NCBI GenBank assembly: GCA_963741105.1
Contig: CAVUGT010000014.1
Coordinates: 7,952 to 71,951 of the forward strand
From: Terriglobia bacterium
GTDB lineage: Bacteria; Acidobacteriota; Terriglobia; Terriglobales; Acidobacteriaceae
DNA: 64,000 nucleotides
Direction: 5' to 3'
Both the position numbers and the translations under genes were made by a program. This document shows, piece after piece, positions 49,951 to 61,525 of the stretch. Numbering within the stretch: position 1 is the stretch's first letter; each line of letters starts with the position of its first letter. The notes below the pieces were generated by a model, which ran no database searches, was not told the DNA's origin, and saw nothing but the letters and a program-made list of their open reading frames with translations.

Positions 49951-49981
49951 CTGAGAACAGAGAACTAAAAACTAAGAACTG
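49951..49981 (+). repeat. CTGAGAAC-type purine-rich intergenic motif, copy 5
   Basis: CTGAGAACAGAGAACTAAAAACTAAGAACTG, 18 nt after the stop of the 48359..49933 gene. Confidence 0.6.
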
Positions 49982-50047
49982 ATTTTTATCAAGAACTGGT
50001 TCGGCAACAGCGAAACAGTGCGTAACAGTTTGTAGGAATTTTCTTGG

Positions 50048-51565
50048 ATGAACAGCATGAAACTTTCAACGGTCTTTTTCTTATTTGCTTGTGTCGCCGC
50101 AGCGTTCGGCCAGCCAAACACTTCCTTTTACGTGGCGCCCACCGGGAAAGATTCGAATCCCGGTACGCAAGCGGCGCCGTGGCGCACCGTTCAACATGCC
50201 GCTGACACCGCACGTGCAGGCAGTACCGTCAATGTGCGGGGCGGAGTCTACGAAGAACTGGTAAGTATCAACGCATCCGGCAACGCATCGGATGGCTTCA
50301 TCACGATTAGAAGCTATCCCGGCGAGACGGCGGTCCTGGACGCGACGCACTTCACGCCTACAGGAAGACAGGCAGTGCTTACGATTCACAATCAGAGTTA
50401 CGTCAGAATCGAGGGCTTTGAAATTCGTAACTTTCGCACCGCCGTGCATCGCCTCAGTCCATTGGGTATCAGCGTCATGGGATCGGGCTCCCACATCGAA
50501 CTGTTGAAGAACAATGTCCATCACATTGAACAGACTTTTGACGGCCGCGATGCTCCCGGACACGGCGACAATGGATTTGGCATTGCCGTTTACGGCACCG
50601 ACTCGAAGATACCCATCACTGATTTGATCATCGACGGCAACGAGGTGCATCACCTCAAAACCGGTTCAAGCGAGTCGCTGGTGGTGAACGGGAACGTCAC
50701 GAACTTCCGCATCACACACAACGTTGTCCACGACAACAACAATATCGGGATCGACGTCATCGGCTTCGAACGAACGGCGCCCGATCCCGCTGTCGACCAG
50801 GCGCGCGACGGAGTGGTAAGCGGCAATCTGGTCTACAACATCACTTCGCGCGGCAATCCGGCATATCAGAACGAGGAAAACTCCGATGGCATTTACGTGG
50901 ACGGCGGCACCCGAATTCTCATCGAACAAAACGTCATTCATGATGTGGACTTTGGAATCGAGCTAGCCAGTGAGCACAAAGACCGCGCCACCAGCTACAT
51001 CACTGCGCGAAACAATCTTATCTATCACTGCCATACTGCAGGCGTTTCCATCGGAGGCTATGCGCCTGAGCGGGGACACACCGATCACAGCACGGTGGTC
51101 AACAATACCCTCTACGACAACGATACGTCGGGAACCGGCTCCGGCGAGTTCCAGATGCAGTGGAACATGGCCGGCAATATTTTTGCGAACAACATCGTCT
51201 ATGCGGGACCACGCTGCCTTATCTCGCTAAACAAATCACAGGTCGACAAGAACCAGTCGTCCGTCACGATCGATCACAATCTTTATTACTGCGCCTCCGG
51301 GGCTAATGCGAGCACCTGGACAGGAGCTTCCGCGACCGTGACTGGATTCGACAAATATGTCGAGTCCACGGGGAATGACCGTCATTCCCATTTTCTCGAT
51401 CCGCATTTTGTTGACGCTTTCGCGCACAATTTTCATCTGCAATCAGATTCTCCCGCGCTCGATGCCGGTACAACTGACGGAGTGCCGGTGGGAGAGCTGG
51501 ACCTTGATGGTGCACCGCGAGTGAGATCCGGGAAAGTGGACATCGGCTGCTACCAAAGACAATAG
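50048..51565 (+). CDS. Secreted right-handed parallel beta-helix repeat protein (pectate-lyase-fold)
   Basis: Signal peptide, FYVAPTGKDSNPGTQAAPWRTVQHA opening, and repeated ...N.V..N...GI... coils. Confidence 0.8.
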   Translation: MNSMKLSTVFFLFACVAAAFGQPNTSFYVAPTGKDSNPGTQAAPWRTVQHAADTARAGSTVNVRGGVYEELVSINASGNASDGFITIRSYPGETAVLDATHFTPTGRQAVLTIHNQSYVRIEGFEIRNFRTAVHRLSPLGISVMGSGSHIELLKNNVHHIEQTFDGRDAPGHGDNGFGIAVYGTDSKIPITDLIIDGNEVHHLKTGSSESLVVNGNVTNFRITHNVVHDNNNIGIDVIGFERTAPDPAVDQARDGVVSGNLVYNITSRGNPAYQNEENSDGIYVDGGTRILIEQNVIHDVDFGIELASEHKDRATSYITARNNLIYHCHTAGVSIGGYAPERGHTDHSTVVNNTLYDNDTSGTGSGEFQMQWNMAGNIFANNIVYAGPRCLISLNKSQVDKNQSSVTIDHNLYYCASGANASTWTGASATVTGFDKYVESTGNDRHSHFLDPHFVDAFAHNFHLQSDSPALDAGTTDGVPVGELDLDGAPRVRSGKVDIGCYQRQ

Positions 51566-51574
51566 GAGAAATCC

Positions 51575-53062
51575 ATGTTGAACTCGGACGTGAATCGCCG
51601 CGAATTCCTGAAGATCACTGCCGGAGCCAGCGCCGCCCTGGCCATGCCAACCTTAGGACATGCTGCCGTCGCTTCCAACAAAATGATCGGCATCCAGGTC
51701 GGAGCGATTTCGTTCGTGGACGAAGGCACCGAGAAAGTCCTCGACATCCTTCAGGAACGTGGCGGCGTTAATACGCTGTTTCTTGCGGTATTCACCTACG
51801 GTCGGGGCATTGCCGGAAGACAGATTCCAGGTCAGCCGTTGCCCGATCATGGCAAGCAGGAATACGATCTCAATTTTCACGGTGGCAATTTCGCCACTCC
51901 TCATCCGCAGTACTACAAGAACACGGTGATCAAGGACACGCGCGCGCCCGACCACGGCAACCTGGACATCCTTGCCGAAGTTCTTCCGGCCGCGAAGAAG
52001 CGCGGCATGAAAGTCATCTGCTGGCTCGAGGACGTCTTTCGCACCGACTTGCCGAACATTCAGAAAGTTCAGGAGCGCGACCTCTACGGACGAAATGCTG
52101 AAACCCTATGCGTCAACAATCCCGACTACCGTAATTTCTTTACCGGCCTGGTCGAGGACTACACCCGCTCTTATGAGGTTGACGGAATCATGTGGGGATC
52201 CGAGCGCCAGGGCGCACTTTCAGATAGTCTCGGCGCCACGCACGACACTCCGCCGATCGATCCCGGCAACGTGACCTGCTTCTGCGAGTTTTGTCAGGCA
52301 AAGGCCAAAGAACGCGGCATCAATGCAGATCGCGCCCGCCAGGGATTTCTCGAGTTGGAAAAATTCGTTCGCTCCGCCCGCAGCGGCAAGCGCCCAGTTG
52401 ACGGCTACTACGTTCAATTCTGGCGGATCCTGTTGCGCTATCCCGAAGTGGCGGCATGGGAAATGCTCTTCACCGACGGCCTTCGCGAAACCTACGCCGC
52501 AATCTACAAAACCGTAAAAACCGCGAAGCCGGCGGTGCCGGTGGGCTGGCACATCTGGCACAACAATTCCTTCAATCCGATCTATCGCGCGGAACAGGAC
52601 CTGCACGAGCTATCGAACTATTCCGATTTCATAAAAGTCGTGATGTACAACAACTGCGGTGGTGAGCGCATGGCGCTCTACGCCGACAACATCACCTCGA
52701 CCCTCTATGGAGATCTCTCAAAGCAAGCCCTTCTCGATATGAACTATGCGCTGATGGGATTCAAGGAAGGCAGCTACGATCAGATTCCCCACACCGGACT
52801 TTCATCCGACTACGTCTACCGCGAGACCAAACGCGCGCTGGAGGGCGTCGCCGGCACAAACACTCGTATCTTGCCCGGCATCGACATCGATATTCCTACC
52901 GAGCCGAACAACAGTAAGTCCACGCCGGAAAGCGTAAAGCAGGCGGTTCTGGCAGCGCTTCGCGCCGGCGCGCCCGGCGTCCTTCTATCCCGAAAATATT
53001 CCGAGATGCGTCTAGCCAACCTCAGCGGCGCCGGCGACGCCATTCGCGAGTTGAAATCATGA
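51575..53062 (+). CDS. Tat-signal secreted protein of unknown function
   Basis: NRREFLKITAGASAALAMPTLGHA twin-arginine signal. AGGAGA before the ATG. No family recognised. Confidence 0.65.
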   Translation: MLNSDVNRREFLKITAGASAALAMPTLGHAAVASNKMIGIQVGAISFVDEGTEKVLDILQERGGVNTLFLAVFTYGRGIAGRQIPGQPLPDHGKQEYDLNFHGGNFATPHPQYYKNTVIKDTRAPDHGNLDILAEVLPAAKKRGMKVICWLEDVFRTDLPNIQKVQERDLYGRNAETLCVNNPDYRNFFTGLVEDYTRSYEVDGIMWGSERQGALSDSLGATHDTPPIDPGNVTCFCEFCQAKAKERGINADRARQGFLELEKFVRSARSGKRPVDGYYVQFWRILLRYPEVAAWEMLFTDGLRETYAAIYKTVKTAKPAVPVGWHIWHNNSFNPIYRAEQDLHELSNYSDFIKVVMYNNCGGERMALYADNITSTLYGDLSKQALLDMNYALMGFKEGSYDQIPHTGLSSDYVYRETKRALEGVAGTNTRILPGIDIDIPTEPNNSKSTPESVKQAVLAALRAGAPGVLLSRKYSEMRLANLSGAGDAIRELKS

Positions 53063-53154
53063 GCCAGTCGAAGCCAACTTGCCGTGACTAGCAACGAGAC
53101 GTAGACGTATCGGAAGCTATGCCTCGCCCGGCGGAGAACTCTTGCCCCACGAAA

Positions 53155-53187
53155 CAGAAGGCCGCTGCAGCCGGCAGCGGCCTTCTG
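53155..53187. terminator. Bidirectional terminator-like hairpin
   Basis: CAGAAGGCCGCTGC-AGCCG-GCAGCGGCCTTCTG, a perfect 14-bp stem between convergent genes. The flanking T-tracts are weak. Confidence 0.5.
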
Positions 53188-53194
53188 TTGCAAC

Positions 53195-53401
53195 CTAATC
53201 CGCCTCTTTGCGACTCTTCTTTCGAGCACGCTTTCGAGCTAAGGCTTCCTTGACACGCTTCTTCTCGCCCGGCTTCAGGTAGAAGGAGTGACGCTTAACC
53301 TCCTTGATGATGTCTTCCTGTTGCACTTTGCGCTTGAAGCGACGCAATGCATTTTCGAGAGACTCGCCCTCTTGCAGTCGAACTTCTGCCAATCTCATCA
53401 C
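53195..53401 (-). CDS. rpsU: 30S ribosomal protein S21
   Basis: ...VRLQEGESLENALRRFKRKVQQEDIIKEVKRHSFYLKPGEKKR... is the canonical S21 sequence pattern. Confidence 0.9.
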   Translation of the reverse strand: MMRLAEVRLQEGESLENALRRFKRKVQQEDIIKEVKRHSFYLKPGEKKRVKEALARKRARKKSRKEAD

Positions 53402-53572
53402 CTCCCAACCAGTACCCGATCTTACGCTCCCAAATTTTACCTGATCTGCACTTCACTCCCTCGCCGAACCGAATGCCAAATTGTCTCCCTGGATCAAGGT
53501 ACGCTCATCGGGAGATCGAATGGCGATCACCGGCATGCTTCAACGGCGTATACTAAAGGCAGCAAACCACTT

Positions 53573-53782
53573 ATGAAAAACACAAAATTTGTCGTTAAAG
53601 TGAATCGCGGAAGTGCCCTCAAGCCTGAATATGTGCAGCGGATTGATCGAACCCCTATTCAGATGACATCCGACCGTAAGCTCGCGCTGTTGATGGGAAG
53701 ACTAACGGCGGAGGATGCCGTCAAATCTATCGAAAATAGCCGGTGTAGCCCGGAGTTAATATCCGTTCAGGTCAGTGTCTAG
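53573..53782 (+). CDS. Small hypothetical protein
   Basis: 69-aa ORF from the ATG at 53573 (MKNTKFVVKVNRG...). The upstream part of track ORF 53288..53782 is antisense to rpsU. No family recognised. Confidence 0.4.
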   Translation: MKNTKFVVKVNRGSALKPEYVQRIDRTPIQMTSDRKLALLMGRLTAEDAVKSIENSRCSPELISVQVSV

Positions 53783-53803
53783 TTGACCATCGGCCAGGGA
53801 AAA

Positions 53804-53838
53804 GAAATGCCCGAAATCCTTTCGGATAGCGGGCATTC
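53804..53838. terminator. Bidirectional terminator-like hairpin
   Basis: GAAATGCCCG..ATCC-TTTC-GGAT..CGGGCATTC, between the convergent 53573 ORF and the csp gene. Confidence 0.5.
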
Positions 53839-53849
53839 ATGGTTCCTGA

Positions 53850-54050
53850 TTAGACAGCCTGAACGTTCTCTGCCTGCCAGCCCTTCGGGCCTTTAGTCAC
53901 ATCGAACTGCACGGCTTGTCCTTCTTGCAGGCTGCGGAAGCCGCCAGCCTGAATGGCAGAGAAATGTACGAATACATCCTCTCCACTTTGACGGCTAATG
54001 AAGCCATAACCTTTCGCGTCGTTGAACCACTTTACTGTTCCTTGTTCCAT
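53850..54050 (-). CDS. cspA: Cold-shock protein (CspA family)
   Basis: [33 protein letters not shown] carries the RNP1/RNP2 motifs. 66 aa from the ATG at 54050. Confidence 0.92.
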   Translation of the reverse strand: MEQGTVKWFNDAKGYGFISRQSGEDVFVHFSAIQAGGFRSLQEGQAVQFDVTKGPKGWQAENVQAV

Positions 54051-54519
54051 TGATATTCCTACTTTTGTTTTTTGAATTTCGGCTGAGAAGAGTCGCTGCG
54101 GATGAGTGGGATGACGCTGGTTGGCGGTACCGACTGCAACTGCGGATGAATCAAACTTAGCTGATACTGTTTGGATGCAGGCCGCCGCGGAAATGATTCG
54201 AAATACCGACCCCGCAACCGAAAAGGACTGGAGCACCGGGGGCATTCACTCCGAGTAGCCTTCGTCGTCCTCGTCATCATCATCGTCATCGTCCTCCCTC
54301 TCACCTTTGTCTTCCCCATCGTCTTCTTCTTCGTCCGGCTCTTCGCGGAGGAGGACATCAGCAGCTACCGCCTGATCGGAAGGGGCGGGCTCAGTCCGTT
54401 GTGTACCTATTCTGTTCATTGCTCAATAGTACGCCACCGCTCGAAAAGCCTCGCGCATAGAGCCGATGGTCGCGCTCCGTAATAACTGAGCTACAAATTC
54501 GCCCCGTACTCATTTCTGG

Positions 54520-54775
54520 GTGCCCCATTTCTCGCCGGTTTTGCGAGAAGTGGGGCTTGTCCCACTCCTCAGATCCGCTCGTTTGAATGGTTCAGGGCTC
54601 ACTCGAACGCGGTCGACGGAACGGGACAAGTGGCCCACTCAAGCCGAGTGCCCCATTTCTCGCCGGGTTTGCGAGAAGTAGGGCTTGTCCCACTCCTCAG
54701 ATTCGCGCGTGTGAATGGCACGGGGTTTACTCGAACGCGGTCGACGGAACAGGACAAGTAGCCCACTCAATCCCG
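54520..54775 (+). repeat. Tandem duplication, 2 x ~128 bp
   Basis: Unit 1 begins at 54520 and unit 2 at 54648, both with GTGCCCCATTTCTCGCCGG(G)TTTGCGAGAAGT(G/A)GGGCTTGTCCCACTCCTCAGAT.... Each unit starts with a hairpin and ends with a GT(G/A)GCCCACTCAA half of the MITE terminal repeat. Confidence 0.8.
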
Positions 54776-54880
54776 ATTTTGAGTGGGGATGTCGAATTCC
54801 CTAACTCTGTTATCCCGACCGCGGCAAATCATCGGGAAGGCGATGATCTGCGAAGTGGAGGGACCTGCCGTGGTGATAGA
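54758..54880 (+). mobile_element. MITE-like element, left-end partial copy
   Basis: GTAGCCCACTCAATCCCGATTTTGAGTGGGGATG...TCCCGACCG...hairpin...GTGGAGGGACCT aligns with the left half of the 63191..63454 copy. Abuts the stop of the 54883 gene. Confidence 0.6.
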
Positions 54881-54882
54881 GA

Positions 54883-56781
54883 CTAATGAGCGAGGCCGAC
54901 CCGCCGCTCTAAGCTCTGAAATCGCGGATCGTTCCGTAGCGGGTCCCATCCCGGTTCTACCTTGAGCGTGTTCAGAATATTCGAATGCCGGGCATAGGCT
55001 TTATCGAGCCAGGCGAGAGTCTCGTCTTTTTTGCCCATGCCCATGTATGCCCATGCAAATGCCCCTGGATCCACGGGATGGCGACGGTCTAACTGTCTCA
55101 ATTCCTCCATCGCATGCTGAGCCTCCGTCGGATGGCCCCAGCGGCCGAGAACGTACACCCGCTCCCACGGCGTATTGTCAGGGTTGTATTTTTCGAGATC
55201 GGCGAGTGCTTTCGCGAACTGTCCCGTTTGTACATACACGCTTCTCACCATATGAGCCCGCGAGAAGGTCGGTTCCATTTCGAGCACCGCATCTAACCCT
55301 TTTTCGGCGCGGTCGTACTGACGCGAGTAGTAGAAGATCATTGCGTTGTCGGCTGCAATAATCAGCGACAAGGGATCAAGCTGTCGGGCGCGTTCACTCT
55401 CCCGCAATGCTTCATCAAAGCGGCCGTTCCAGGTCAGATATTCTGCATACCAGTGGTGCGCGGTAGCGTAGTTAGGGTTCAGGTCGATGGCGCGGCGATA
55501 TTCTTTTTCGGCGGTCTGCCAATCCCAATCGTAATTCTCGGTGATCAACGCTAGAGAAGTGTGTGCTTCCGCGAGCCCTTCATCCAGTTGCAAAGCCTTG
55601 AGCGCCGCAATGCGCGCTTTCGGCATGACCTGAGTAGACGGAATCGACATGGTGTAGCCGGGCAGAAGCGCATAGCAATCGGCCAAGCCTGCATATGCGC
55701 GAGCATAGTCAGGATCTTTCGCGATGGCCTGCTGGAAATATTTGATCGCCTCTTCAAAACCTTCCGGAGTTCTCTTGTTCCAGAAATAGCGGCCTTTCAG
55801 GTAAAGATCGTAGGCCTCGTACGACTTGGGTATCTGTGCCTTGCTGATGGCAGGGGCGCTCTTGTCTTCGCCCAATGTGACTTGAATCTCATCGCCGATC
55901 TCCTGAGCGATTTCGCCCTGCAGTCCCAGCAGATTGCTCAGATCTCGATCGTATTGCCGGGCCCAAAGATGTGTCTGATCACTCAATTGAATGAGCTGGG
56001 CAGAGACCCGCACTTTCCCCGCATCACGCCGCACGCTTCCCTCAAGCACGTACTGCACGCCCAGTTCGCTCCCAATCTGACCCAACTGTGGTTGATTGTT
56101 CTTGTAGTGCATAACTGATGTGCGGGCGATTACGCCAAGGCCCTTAGGATCGAGGACCCCAAGATGAGAAATCATTTCTTCAGTCAGGCCATCGCTGAAA
56201 TATTCCTGAGCTGGATCGCCAGTCAGGTTCTCGAAGGGCAGAACGGCCAGCATCACGCGGCTCCCCTCCTTCTGCGCCTGGATATGGGAAGTTGACCAGC
56301 GAAAATAAGCCGTGAATGCAGCCGCCAGAATAAGCAATACCGCACCCGTGACCAGCCACCTCTTATTGCCCCAGCGGTGGTCTATTGGTCCCGGTTGGGG
56401 AACCTCTATTTGGGGAGGAGGGGTCCAAGGGTCTGGCGCCAGGGCCACACTACCGGATATCTCCTTCACCTCAGGCGCAAAGCGATAACCTCTGCCCTGG
56501 ACGGTCAAAATGTAACGCTGCTCCGCGGTTTCACCCAGCGCCTTGCGCAGCATAAAGACGGTCTGGGTGAGGTTGGATTCTTCCACAAAGCTGTCAGGCC
56601 AGATCGTGCGCATCAGCTCGTCTTTGCTGACCACCTGGCCGCTGTGCTCAATCAGCAACAGCAGAACCTCAAGAGCTTTTGGGGTCAGGGCAATCGGCTT
56701 CTCGCCCTTCCTCAGGACCCGGTTTTTGGCGTCCAGACGGAAGTCGCCAAAAGCGTATAAGTAACTGATCAGGCTAGGCAT
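54883..56781 (-). CDS. CadC/OmpR-family winged-helix transcriptional regulator with TM segment and TPR repeats
   Basis: N-terminal YAFGDFRLDAKNRVLRKGEKPIALTPKALEVLLLLIEHSGQVVSKDELMRTIWPD (trans_reg_C). One TM, a TolB-like region and C-terminal TPR-like repeats. Confidence 0.85.
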   Translation of the reverse strand: MPSLISYLYAFGDFRLDAKNRVLRKGEKPIALTPKALEVLLLLIEHSGQVVSKDELMRTIWPDSFVEESNLTQTVFMLRKALGETAEQRYILTVQGRGYRFAPEVKEISGSVALAPDPWTPPPQIEVPQPGPIDHRWGNKRWLVTGAVLLILAAAFTAYFRWSTSHIQAQKEGSRVMLAVLPFENLTGDPAQEYFSDGLTEEMISHLGVLDPKGLGVIARTSVMHYKNNQPQLGQIGSELGVQYVLEGSVRRDAGKVRVSAQLIQLSDQTHLWARQYDRDLSNLLGLQGEIAQEIGDEIQVTLGEDKSAPAISKAQIPKSYEAYDLYLKGRYFWNKRTPEGFEEAIKYFQQAIAKDPDYARAYAGLADCYALLPGYTMSIPSTQVMPKARIAALKALQLDEGLAEAHTSLALITENYDWDWQTAEKEYRRAIDLNPNYATAHHWYAEYLTWNGRFDEALRESERARQLDPLSLIIAADNAMIFYYSRQYDRAEKGLDAVLEMEPTFSRAHMVRSVYVQTGQFAKALADLEKYNPDNTPWERVYVLGRWGHPTEAQHAMEELRQLDRRHPVDPGAFAWAYMGMGKKDETLAWLDKAYARHSNILNTLKVEPGWDPLRNDPRFQSLERRVGLAH

Positions 56782-56789
56782 AACTCAAT

Positions 56790-56820
56790 TTTGAGAAACT
56801 TTGAGAAAACTTGAGAACCG
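56790..56820 (+). repeat. TTGAGAA(A)C direct repeats x3
   Basis: TTGAGAAAC-T-TTGAGAAAAC-TTGAGAACCG, 9 nt upstream of the regulator start codon on the other strand. Related to the CTGAGAAC motif. Confidence 0.55.
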
Positions 56821-56969
56821 CTTTTAGGACATGGGCCGCACATTAGAGATAGCTTTTGTTCCGCGCGGAAGCCGGGAACCCTGAATTGGCGGCCATTCTA
56901 CCACCGTCTGACTCAGCCAGACTCCCCGACTTTCCCGCAATCGGGCCATTCAACCGTAGGAGCAGTGCC

Positions 56970-58472
56970 ATGACCTTCACTCGATCCCTCCTCAGCGGCT
57001 ATCTCGACAAAGAGTTGTTTAGCACCTGGCAAACGAAGTGCACAAGTTACTGCAGGTTGACCAGTAGGCCGGTTCGGGAGGTCCAACTGGTAAAACTCGC
57101 GTCGATCCTGCTGATGGCGGTGGTCACGATTACAACGGCCGCTGGTCAATCTTTGCCTAATCTGTTCCCCCTTCCAAACCACAGCGGATTTGTGGAAACG
57201 TACAACGTCCACAATGCTCCCATTAGCTTGAAAGGGGCATTTTTTCAATCGCTCGGGACCAATGGGAGGTCCTGCTCCTCCTGCCATTTGCCAACCGAGG
57301 GATGGAGCATCTCTGCGGAAGAAGTGCAGTTGCGATTTTTTCTGACCCAGGGTCGGGACCCGATCTTCCGTACCAACGATGGCTCTAACTGCGACCAAAA
57401 TATCGATACGTCAACTTTACAGGGCCGGCGTAAGGCGTACAGCCTGTTGCTGAGTAGAGGCTTGATTCGAATTCCTTTACCGCTGCCCGACGGCGCCGAG
57501 TTCAGCGTGCAAAGCGTGAACAACCCTTATGGGTGCAGTGATACATCCATGCTCTCGATGTACCGGCGTCCGCTTCCCACGACAAACCTGGGTTTCCTCA
57601 GCACACTCATGTGGGACGGGCGCGAATCCACGCCGCCGAGCACGCAGAAGATCACCTACCCCAATACCGGCCAGCTGCTGGCAGACTTGGCTCACCAGGC
57701 TATCGATGCCACGACCGGGCATGCGCAGGGTGCAGTTCCCACGCCGGCGCAAGTACAAGACATTGTGAACTTCGAGACTGCACTGCGGACCGCACAGGCG
57801 TTCGACTTCAAGGCAGGCCTCTTGAACGATGTCCAGGCAACCGGCGGACCAGTCGCTCTGGCCGCGCAACCTTTCTTTATCGGCATCAACGATTCATTCC
57901 CCGCGAGCTTTGGTTTCAATCCCACGGGAGCAGCGTTCGACCCCAATATTTTCAACTTGTTCAATGCCTGGACAAACTCGCGCTACGCCTCGCGGACCAG
58001 TATTGCCCGCGGTCAGGCGCTCTTCAATTCGAAACCGATTATGATCGCCGGCGTCGCCGGGATAAACGATGTAGTCGGGCTTCCTTCGACATTTATTGGC
58101 ACTTGCGGAACTTGCCACGACTCTCCCAATGCAGGGAATCATTCCGTCTCTGCCCCACTGAACATCGGCGTTGCCGACGTGACCAGTTCTCTCGATGTCA
58201 GCTACCTGCCAGTCTTCACTCTGGTAAACAACACCACGCATCAAACCGTTCAGACCACCGATCCCGGCCGCGCACTGATTACTGGAAAGTGGGCGGATAT
58301 TGGAAAAGTAAAAGGCCCGGTTCTCCGAGGCCTTGCCAGCCGCGCACCTTACTTCCACAACGGTTCAGCCTCGTCGCTGACAGATGTCCTCGACTTTTAC
58401 AACGTGCGCTTCAATATTGGTTTTACAGCCCAGGAGAAAGCCGATCTGATTGCGTTCCTAAACTCGCTCTGA
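56970..58472 (+). CDS. Di-haem cytochrome c peroxidase-like protein
   Basis: Two CxxCH haem motifs (CSSCH, CGTCH). The C-terminal ...RAPYFHNGSASSLTDVLDFYN is typical of the CCP/MauG family. Start uncertain: the signal-like segment KLASILLMAVVTITTAAG lies downstream of the ATG at 56970. Confidence 0.8.
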   Translation: MTFTRSLLSGYLDKELFSTWQTKCTSYCRLTSRPVREVQLVKLASILLMAVVTITTAAGQSLPNLFPLPNHSGFVETYNVHNAPISLKGAFFQSLGTNGRSCSSCHLPTEGWSISAEEVQLRFFLTQGRDPIFRTNDGSNCDQNIDTSTLQGRRKAYSLLLSRGLIRIPLPLPDGAEFSVQSVNNPYGCSDTSMLSMYRRPLPTTNLGFLSTLMWDGRESTPPSTQKITYPNTGQLLADLAHQAIDATTGHAQGAVPTPAQVQDIVNFETALRTAQAFDFKAGLLNDVQATGGPVALAAQPFFIGINDSFPASFGFNPTGAAFDPNIFNLFNAWTNSRYASRTSIARGQALFNSKPIMIAGVAGINDVVGLPSTFIGTCGTCHDSPNAGNHSVSAPLNIGVADVTSSLDVSYLPVFTLVNNTTHQTVQTTDPGRALITGKWADIGKVKGPVLRGLASRAPYFHNGSASSLTDVLDFYNVRFNIGFTAQEKADLIAFLNSL

Positions 58473-58505
58473 GTCCGACGCGCACCTTTTCTTCACACAT
58501 AGCAG

Positions 58506-58688
58506 GAGTGGCCCATTCTAAATTTCGCGTTCTTTGCGAAATTTAGAGTGGGGATGTTAGAGGTCGGGCCGCAATCCAACAGGCCGTTAGGGACAAGACC
58601 GATAAACACGAAAACACAAACGCCCGGCAGAAGGTCTGGCCAGCCTGAACTGCCCCACTCAAGCCAAAACCGGGCTTGAGTGGGCCCC
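58506..58688 (-). mobile_element. MITE-like element, short variant
   Basis: One end is the canonical hairpin repeat CCCCACTCAAGCC-AAAACCG-GGCTTGAGTGGG. The other end is a variant hairpin, GGCCCATTCTAAATTTCGC-GTTCTT-TGCGAAATTTAGAGTGGGG. The interior shares CGTTTGTGTTTTCGTG with the long copies. Confidence 0.65.
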
Positions 58689-58733
58689 CCATCCAGCAAC
58701 AGCACTATGTTGAGCTTTTCCTTCCTCTAACAC

Positions 58734-61025
<2,292 letters not shown>

Positions 61026-61454
61026 TTATTTTTTGGCGCTGCAGCGGCGGCAGAGGCCAAAGACCTCGACCAGCGGCTGTGTCAGATCAAAGCCATCCGG
61101 CAAATGCCGGTTTAGCCGTTTGAAATCGATGAATTCTCCTTCGATGTCCTGCACCGATTTGCAGCGGGAGCAAACCAGGTGGTGATGAGGTTTGAGATTG
61201 CCGTCCACGCGCAAGGTCGCCGCATGCGGAGTGACTTCTCGCAGCAACCCGCACTCGATAAACAGCCGCAGATTGTTGTAGACCGTGGCCAGAGAAACGG
61301 ATGGAATGCGGCGCCGGACCGCGGCGTAAATGTCTTCCGGAGAATAGTGTCCGTGGGAAGCGATGACGGCTTCATACACCACCTGACGCTGGTGCGTAAC
61401 CGCCAGACCGTGCTTCTCGGCCAACTCACGGAACTGTTCATGGGTAAGACGCAT
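61026..61454 (-). CDS. Fur-family transcriptional regulator (FurA/PerR-like)
   Basis: THQRQVVYEAV, ATVYNNLRLF, HHHLVC..C and a C-terminal CRRC zinc motif. Immediately upstream of katG on the same strand. Confidence 0.9.
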   Translation of the reverse strand: MRLTHEQFRELAEKHGLAVTHQRQVVYEAVIASHGHYSPEDIYAAVRRRIPSVSLATVYNNLRLFIECGLLREVTPHAATLRVDGNLKPHHHLVCSRCKSVQDIEGEFIDFKRLNRHLPDGFDLTQPLVEVFGLCRRCSAKK

Positions 61455-61525
61455 GATTATTGGATAAGAACAATTATAAAACGATAGGGAGTAGTGTCAA
61501 CCGAAGCGTTGTGGAAAACTGTCGG

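Noticed and set aside
61464-61477. Fur/PerR box upstream of the fur-family gene.
   Set aside because: Only a 4-6-4 dyad (ATAA...TTAT) is present, far from the 7-1-7 consensus. It is mentioned in a finding but not annotated as a site.
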